Positions 26,307-32,000 of a DNA stretch of 32,000 nt are shown piece by piece. A program made the translations under genes and the position numbers. The stretch covers positions 5,880,001 to 5,912,000 of the forward strand of contig NC_008312.1 in NCBI RefSeq assembly GCF_000014265.1, in the 5' to 3' direction. Below the pieces are notes generated by a model. That model searched no databases. It was not told the origin of the DNA and saw only the letters and a program-made list of their open reading frames with translations. Source of the DNA: Trichodesmium erythraeum IMS101 (GTDB taxonomy: Bacteria; Cyanobacteriota; Cyanobacteriia; Cyanobacteriales; Microcoleaceae). Positions within the stretch are counted from its first letter, which is position 1. The number at the start of each line of letters is the position of its first letter.

Positions 26307-29300
26307 ATGAAACCTAATAGCTCAAAACTCTGCACCATAAAAGCTCTGAGTTTAATACTAGGCACATTAGCCACCACTCCCGCCAACTCCCAGCCCATAA
26401 CCCCGGCTAAGGACGGTACCAATACTACTGTTACTCCACAGGGCCAACAATTTCATATTAAAGGTGGGACTCGCAGTGGTACTAATGTATTTCACAGCTT
26501 TGATAAGTTTAATGTGCACTCTGGTCAAACTGCCAACTTTGTCACGACCCCGGATACTCGCAACGTTCTCGGACGAGTTAAGGGAGGCGCTTCTTATATT
26601 AATGGTCTTATTCAGGTTCTAGGTAGCAGCTCTAACCTCTTCTTAATGAACCCCGCAGGCATAATGTTTGGCCCAAACGCCAGCCTCAATGTACCTGCGT
26701 CATTCAGTGTTACTACTGCTACTGGTATTGGTTTTGACCAGAATAATTTCTGGTTCAAGGCTATGGGCACTAATGACTATTCAAATTTGGTCGGAAACCC
26801 TAGTGGTTATAGGTTTGATGTTTCTAAGCCTGGTTCTATTGTTAATGAAGGGAATTTAACTTTAAAACCCCAAGGAAATTTAACTTTGTCGGGTGGAACT
26901 GTTGTTAATACAGGGGAACTCTCTAGCCCTGGGGGTAATATTACTGTCACTGCTGTCGAAGGTGGTAGTACCCTGAAAATATCTCAACCAGGACATTTGT
27001 TAAGTTTAGAAGTACCCCTAGAGGATGGAGAAAATATTTCTAATATTGATCCTCTATCTTTACCAGAGTTATTAGCTGGTGGAGGAGATATCGTTGAGGC
27101 TACATCTGTCGTTGTTAAAGAGAATGGTGATGTGGTTTTGAATGGTTCAAATACTATGGTGGCTGAGACTCCGGGAACGGCAACTATTTCGGGAAAGATA
27201 GATGTATCAACTACTGCTACTTCTCTTAAGGAGAAGGGGCGTGTTCCTAGTCAGAGAAAGAAGGAGGGTGCTGCTAGTCCAGGAAAGATAGATGTTCCTC
27301 CTTCCCTCAAGGAGAAGAGAGATGTTGCTAAGGCCGGTAAAGTTAATGTGTGGGGCGATCGCGTGGCTCTTATAGATACAAATATCAAGGCTGATGGCAA
27401 AAATGGGGGTGGAACTGTATTAATAGGAGGAGATTTTCAAGGGTTGGGTATAGTTCCTAATTCTCAGCATACTTTTGTTAATAATAATTCATTTATTTCT
27501 GCGGATGCTATCACAAATGGTGATGGAGGTCAAGTTAGAATTTGGTCGGATGGTATTACTAATTTTGCGGGAAATATTAGTGCTAAAGGCGGCACATCTT
27601 CGGGAAATGGAGGGTTGGTTAAAATTGGGGGAAAAGAACAATTAATCTTTGATGGAAAGGTGGATGTTACTGCGGCTTTAGGAACTAAAGGTAGGATTTT
27701 ATTAGACCCAGAAAGTGTGACGGTGGGAGAGGATAATTCGGAAGGTGAAAAGGAAATTGTCGAGGATAATTCGGAGGTTTCTGAGACAGAAAATACTGAT
27801 AATTATGATGGGGAAATTATTGAGGATAATTCCGAGGTTTCTGAGACAGAAAATACTGATAATTATAATGGGGAAATTGTCGAGGATAATTCCGAGGTTT
27901 CTGAGACCGAAAATACTGATAATTCCACAACAAAAAATACTGATAATTTAGAAGATAAAGAAACAGAAAATCCTCTTGATCCTTTTGCTGCTGATGAGAA
28001 TTCTGATGTGACTATTTCGGCGGATAATTTAGGGGAATTATCGGGGAATGTGATTATTGATGCTGATAATGATATTACGATAAATGAAAGGATAGAAACT
28101 GATTCTTCTGTGGAGTTAAAGGCGGGTCGAAGTATTAATATAAATGCAGATATTGATACTAAGAGTGGAAATGGAAATATTGATTTATTGGGTAATAATG
28201 ATGAGATGAATTTGGCTAACCGTTCTGATGGGAAAGCTTCGATAAATCAATTGGATGGAACAATTTTAAATGCTGGAAGTGGTGGAATTAATATTAAGTT
28301 GGGAAGTTTAGGAGAGGTAGGTGATATAAATCTGGGAAATTTAAGGACGACAGGGAAGGTTTTGGTTGATGCAAATGGGGGAAATATTGTTAGAGTTTCT
28401 GAGAATTCTTTGATAAATGCGGGGAGTGTTTTGTTTAGAACTTCTGGGAATGGAGGTATAGGTTTTCTTGGTCAACCTTTGCGGTTAGATGTGCAGAATT
28501 TGGAGGCGGTTTCTGGTAGTGGTGGGGTGTTTTTTGAGTCGTTGAAAAATGTGAATATTGGTGGTGTAAGTGAGGATGTGGATGGTATTGCTACTTTTGG
28601 AGGAGATGTTGATATTAAGAGCGCGGGAAATGTGACTTTAAATGAAACTATTTCTAGCAATGAGGTTGTAGAGAATAATTCTGAGGCGACATCTACAGAA
28701 AATACGGAGGTTGTTGATGGAGGTGGTGGGATAAATATTGAAGCGGCGGGAGATATTGTGGCTACGGGTAGTGGTATTAAAGGTGGTGGGGAAGCTGTTT
28801 CTTTGTCTGGGACTAATATTAGGATAAATGATGAATTTAATGAGACTTCTGGGGATGCGGATGTTAAGTTGTCGGCGACAAATGATATTGTTGTTGAGGA
28901 TATAGAGGATGATGCATTGGAGTTTATGCCTGGGAATGGGGAGATAGAATTTCGTGCGGATGTGGATGGGGATGGGTTTGGTCTTGTGGAGATTTTGGAT
29001 AATAAGCCGGATGTTGGGAGTAACCCTGATGTTTTTGATAATGGGGCGGATACTATTAAGACTAATGGGCGAGGTTTGACTATTGCTGGTGCTGGTGTGG
29101 TTTTGGGGAATGTTGATACTTCTTGGTTGCCTGTTTATTCTGGTGGGGAGCTATTGAAGGCGATCGATGTGGATAAGGGGGGGGCGATACCTCCGGTAGG
29201 TACAGAAGGCACTGCAACATTTACTTTTACTGTAGATGGTGACTTGGGAACTATAAAAAATATAGATGTTCGCTTTTCTGCAAAACATACTTACAATAAG

Positions 29301-32000
29301 CAGTTAGACGTTAGTCTGGAATCACCCCAAAAAACGAAAGTACAATTGTTTGCAGAGGTTGGTAATAGGGGAGATAACTTTCAGGATACTGTATTGGATG
29401 ATGATGCTTCTACAATTATTAGTATGGGCAGTGTTCCGTTTGATGGTACGTATCATCCCCAAGGAAGTTTAACAGATTTTAATGGAGAAACTCCGAATGG
29501 AAGGTGGAATTTGAAGGTAACTGATACCTCTGAGGGATACGATGGCACTTTATACAGAGCTGGTGAGCAGGCTCCCTGGGGAACTGCTATAGGTACACAA
29601 CTGTTGCTGCGTAACCCTCTTGTTCAGAGTGGTGGAGGAAGAGGAAGTGGAAATGGTGGAGCGATAAACCTAAAAGCAACTCATGGTGATATTAGTGTAG
29701 GAAATATTCGTAGTTTGAGCGAAGCTGCTAATGGGGGAAGAATTGACCTGAATGCTAATAACAATATTATTACTGGTCTGATTAATTCTAGTTCTGTGCA
29801 AAGGAATGGAGGAGCAATTGATTTGGTAGCTGGTGGGAATATCACTACACAAGACCTTTATTCCTATTCCTGGTCCAGCTCAGGCAACTCAGAAAATGGA
29901 GGAGTAATTGATTTAGATGCTGGTAGCAATATCACTATACAATCCCTCTATTCCTATTCCTATTCCAGCTTAGGCAAATCAGGAGACGGAGGAGCCATTA
30001 ATTTGGATGCTGATGGCAATATCACTACACAATCCCTTAGTTCGAGGTCTTATTCCCCTTCAGGTTCAGGAAATGGAGGAGCAATTAATTTGGATGCTGG
30101 TGGCAATATTACTATACAATCCCTCCATTCCAGGTCCACTGCCAGATCATTCTCAGGAAATGGAGGAGCAATTGATTTGGATGCTGGTGGCAATATCACT
30201 ACACAAGAACTCTATTCCTATTCCTATTCCAGCTTAGACAACTCAGGAAATGGAGGAGCAATTAGTTTGGATGCTGGTGGCAATATCACTACACCATCTC
30301 TCAATGCATATTCTTTTTCCCCCTCAGGCAACTCAGGAAATGGAGGAGCAATTAGTTTGGATGCTGGTGGCAATATCACTACACAATCCCTCAATTCTTA
30401 TTCCTATTTGTCTTCAGAAAAAGGGAACTCAGGAAATGGAGGAGCAATTAGTTTGGATGCTGGTGGCAATATCACTACACAATCCCTCAATTCCTTTTCC
30501 TCTTCAGAAAAAGGTAACTCAGAAAATGGAGGAAAAATTGATTTGGACGCTGGTGACTATATCACTACACAAGATCTCAAGTCCTATTCTTTTTCTCCCT
30601 CAGGCAACTCAGGAAATGGAGGAGCAATTAATTTGGATGCTGGTGACTATATCACTACACAAGACCTTGATTCGAGATCCTCTTCCAGCTCAGTCTCAGG
30701 AAATGGAGGAGCAATTAATTTGGATGCTGGTGACTATATCACTACACAAGGCCTTGATTCCTATTCGTACTCAGAAAAAGGCAACTCAAGAAATGGAGGA
30801 GACATAAAACTGAATGCCAATAAAATAAAACCAACCTCGGATAATGAAGAAAAACTAACAATACATACATTTTCATTCAGGAAAAATAAGTTTGGGGAAG
30901 GAAAAGGTGGAGACGTTAACATTACCACTAACAATCTCAGCAAGACAGAAATATTTACACTATCTTCCCGCTCAGAATCAGGAAAAGTAACCATAGAAAG
31001 TAAGACACAAGAACCACTTCAAATCAATGACTCATCCATTACTACAAGTGTACAAGTAAGCGTACAAATATGTTCCTCCTGTGGAACAAGACTAGTTGGT
31101 GAAATAGGAGATACTCGATCAGGCGAAGTCTCTATCAATAGTTCCGGCGACCTCAGCCTCAACAACGTCACCATAGAAAGCGACACCAAAAGTAACCAAG
31201 CCGCAGGAGACGTCAACATCTACAGCATTGGCAACATTACACTTGACAAGACGGATATCATCAGTACTACCAACTCCCAAGGCAAAGCCGGCCAAATCAA
31301 CTTAGAAACCAAGCAAAACATAGAACTCACCAACAACAGCAAAATCTTAGCCAACACAGAAGGAACCGGAAACGCAGGTCAAATAAACATAGAAGCTAAC
31401 AACCTCATCCTAGACCAAAACACCAAACTAATCACAGAAACCGCAAGAGCTGGAAACCCCGGAGACATAAATATCCAAGCTAACACCATAGAGATAGGAG
31501 AAGGCGCTAAAGCCAGCACCACAGTCTTAACAGGTTCAACCAGCACCGGAGAAGGAGGCAACATCACCATCAACACAAACGAACTCAACGTCACAGGAAA
31601 ACTCGGAATATTTGCCGAAACCGAAGCGAGCAAAAACGCCGGTATCCTTCGTATATCACCCTACAAAAACAACCCCAACCTAGACATCATCTTCAAAAAC
31701 GAGGGCTTCATCTCCGCCTCTACCTCATCCACAGGCAACGGAGGCAGCATATTCATACAAGCCCCAGAAAACATAAAAATAACAGGCAAAGGATTCATTG
31801 CCACAGAAACATCAGGTACAGGTAACGCCGGAATTATTGATATCAAAACCAACAACCTGAGAATATCCAATGGAGTCAAAATCAATGCTTCCACAGAGGA
31901 CCAAGGCAACGCCGGCGAAATCAAAATCAACACCACAGACTTCACCCTAGAAAAAGGAACAAGTCTAACAACAGAAACCAACAGCGCCGGACTAGCTGGA
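26307..32000 (+). CDS. TpsA / filamentous-haemagglutinin-type giant exoprotein, 3' end cut by the window edge; absent from the supplied ORF track
   Basis: Hand translation of the frame with codon starts divisible by 3 is stop-free from TAA 26292-26294 to nt 32000. That is 1898 codons from ATG 26307, with GTG 26304 as an alternative start. Signal peptide: MKPNSSKLCTIKALSLILGTLATTPANS. TPS-domain motifs: FHSFDKFNV, VLGRVKGGASYINGLIQV, NLFLMNPAGIMFGPNASL (NPNGI-type), GGTVLIGGDFQG, GRILLDPESV. The C-terminal part has GNAG-x-I-x-I beta-helix-type repeats. Confidence 0.9.
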   Translation, partial: MKPNSSKLCTIKALSLILGTLATTPANSQPITPAKDGTNTTVTPQGQQFHIKGGTRSGTNVFHSFDKFNVHSGQTANFVTTPDTRNVLGRVKGGASYINGLIQVLGSSSNLFLMNPAGIMFGPNASLNVPASFSVTTATGIGFDQNNFWFKAMGTNDYSNLVGNPSGYRFDVSKPGSIVNEGNLTLKPQGNLTLSGGTVVNTGELSSPGGNITVTAVEGGSTLKISQPGHLLSLEVPLEDGENISNIDPLSLPELLAGGGDIVEATSVVVKENGDVVLNGSNTMVAETPGTATISGKIDVSTTATSLKEKGRVPSQRKKEGAASPGKIDVPPSLKEKRDVAKAGKVNVWGDRVALIDTNIKADGKNGGGTVLIGGDFQGLGIVPNSQHTFVNNNSFISADAITNGDGGQVRIWSDGITNFAGNISAKGGTSSGNGGLVKIGGKEQLIFDGKVDVTAALGTKGRILLDPESVTVGEDNSEGEKEIVEDNSEVSETENTDNYDGEIIEDNSEVSETENTDNYNGEIVEDNSEVSETENTDNSTTKNTDNLEDKETENPLDPFAADENSDVTISADNLGELSGNVIIDADNDITINERIETDSSVELKAGRSININADIDTKSGNGNIDLLGNNDEMNLANRSDGKASINQLDGTILNAGSGGINIKLGSLGEVGDINLGNLRTTGKVLVDANGGNIVRVSENSLINAGSVLFRTSGNGGIGFLGQPLRLDVQNLEAVSGSGGVFFESLKNVNIGGVSEDVDGIATFGGDVDIKSAGNVTLNETISSNEVVENNSEATSTENTEVVDGGGGINIEAAGDIVATGSGIKGGGEAVSLSGTNIRINDEFNETSGDADVKLSATNDIVVEDIEDDALEFMPGNGEIEFRADVDGDGFGLVEILDNKPDVGSNPDVFDNGADTIKTNGRGLTIAGAGVVLGNVDTSWLPVYSGGELLKAIDVDKGGAIPPVGTEGTATFTFTVDGDLGTIKNIDVRFSAKHTYNKQLDVSLESPQKTKVQLFAEVGNRGDNFQDTVLDDDASTIISMGSVPFDGTYHPQGSLTDFNGETPNGRWNLKVTDTSEGYDGTLYRAGEQAPWGTAIGTQLLLRNPLVQSGGGRGSGNGGAINLKATHGDISVGNIRSLSEAANGGRIDLNANNNIITGLINSSSVQRNGGAIDLVAGGNITTQDLYSYSWSSSGNSENGGVIDLDAGSNITIQSLYSYSYSSLGKSGDGGAINLDADGNITTQSLSSRSYSPSGSGNGGAINLDAGGNITIQSLHSRSTARSFSGNGGAIDLDAGGNITTQELYSYSYSSLDNSGNGGAISLDAGGNITTPSLNAYSFSPSGNSGNGGAISLDAGGNITTQSLNSYSYLSSEKGNSGNGGAISLDAGGNITTQSLNSFSSSEKGNSENGGKIDLDAGDYITTQDLKSYSFSPSGNSGNGGAINLDAGDYITTQDLDSRSSSSSVSGNGGAINLDAGDYITTQGLDSYSYSEKGNSRNGGDIKLNANKIKPTSDNEEKLTIHTFSFRKNKFGEGKGGDVNITTNNLSKTEIFTLSSRSESGKVTIESKTQEPLQINDSSITTSVQVSVQICSSCGTRLVGEIGDTRSGEVSINSSGDLSLNNVTIESDTKSNQAAGDVNIYSIGNITLDKTDIISTTNSQGKAGQINLETKQNIELTNNSKILANTEGTGNAGQINIEANNLILDQNTKLITETARAGNPGDINIQANTIEIGEGAKASTTVLTGSTSTGEGGNITINTNELNVTGKLGIFAETEASKNAGILRISPYKNNPNLDIIFKNEGFISASTSSTGNGGSIFIQAPENIKITGKGFIATETSGTGNAGIIDIKTNNLRISNGVKINASTEDQGNAGEIKINTTDFTLEKGTSLTTETNSAGLAG
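27729..27950 (+). repeat. 60-nt in-frame tandem repeat (about 3 units) encoding the acidic peptide EIVEDNSEVSETENTDNY(D/N)G
   Basis: Near-identical units at 27753-27812, 27813-27872 and 27873-~27925, with partial copies on both flanks. Confidence 0.9.
29202..29610 (+). other. Proprotein-convertase-type P domain embedded in the exoprotein
   Basis: TFTFTVDGDLGTIKNIDVRFSAKHTYNKQLDVSLESPQKTKVQLF...NFQDTVLDDDAS...PFDGTYHPQGSLTDFNGETPNGRWNLKVTDTSEGYDGTL fits the P-domain pattern (V.V.I.H....DL...L.SP.GT...L ... F.D.A ... G.Y.P...L..F.G....G.W.L.V.D....D.G.L). Confidence 0.6.
29805..30830 (+). repeat. Array of 12 in-frame tandem repeats of 87-96 nt (29-32 aa)
   Basis: Unit starts (the Asn codon of NGGAI; Asp codon GAC in the unit at 29985) fall at 29805, 29895, 29985, 30072, 30159, 30249, 30339, 30435, 30525, 30615, 30702 and 30792. 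The conserved core is NGGAI(N/D/S)LDAGGNITTQSL, followed by a variable Ser/Tyr-rich segment. More degenerate copies lie upstream from ~29650. Confidence 0.9.

Noticed and set aside
26668-30807. Plus-strand track ORFs 26668-26859, 27745-27951, 30007-30237 and 30250-30807 (for example the repetitive MEEQLVWMLVAISLH protein)
   Set aside because: All lie in the +1 frame relative to the continuous 1898-codon exoprotein frame. Their repetitiveness only mirrors the nucleotide repeats, and they have odd composition and no ribosome-binding sites. They are shadow ORFs.
28472-31981. Minus-strand ORFs 28472-28660, 29670-29852, 30761-30994, 31019-31219, 31379-31633 and 31661-31981
   Set aside because: They are antisense to the exoprotein gene. 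They stay open because the sense strand there is stop-complement-poor (an A/C-rich or G/T-rich codon set), and they carry no motifs.

Overview
This window reads as an AT-rich chromosomal segment of a cyanobacterium, probably a filamentous Nostocales-type strain. The evidence is nine perfect HIP1 octamers (GCGATCGC), an STRR-like heptamer array and the gene content. I saw no rRNA, tRNA, CRISPR array or transposase. There are three blocks. (1) nt 1-11432 is a co-directional polyketide operon: an adenylation-carrier loader (5' end cut by the window), PKS1 KS-AT-DH-KR-ACP and PKS2 KS-AT-ACP-TE, closed by a strong intrinsic terminator. (2) nt 11.7-20.0 kb lies on the same strand but is separately spaced and AT-richer. 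It holds a lipocalin-like protein, a type I Baeyer-Villiger monooxygenase (BVMO), a class-3 lipase with a ~230-aa non-lipase C-terminal extension, an FMO-type monooxygenase with a C-terminal membrane anchor, and two decayed copies of the lipase gene. (3) nt 20.2-32.0 kb holds an ABC1/UbiB-family kinase (-), a 2-kb ORF-free spacer containing (TTTA)10, a membrane-anchored helical hypothetical protein (-), and a giant TpsA/filamentous-haemagglutinin-type exoprotein. The exoprotein runs from 26307 to the window end (at least 1898 codons) and is missing from the supplied ORF track because it has no stop codon inside the window. Two candidates look possibly undescribed. (a) The orphan PKS, whose last module leaves a beta-keto group, sits next to a BVMO + lipase + FMO set. 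This predicts ketone -> ester -> alcohol chemistry attached to a biosynthetic line, and the loader is chimeric, with two consecutive adenylation C-terminal subdomains. (b) The mosaic exoprotein embeds a proprotein-convertase-type P domain and a 12-unit ~90-nt repeat array with conserved cores and Ser/Tyr-rich variable loops, and it shows an abrupt reversal of codon choice and strand composition. All functional calls rest on motif recognition by eye; no database search was possible.
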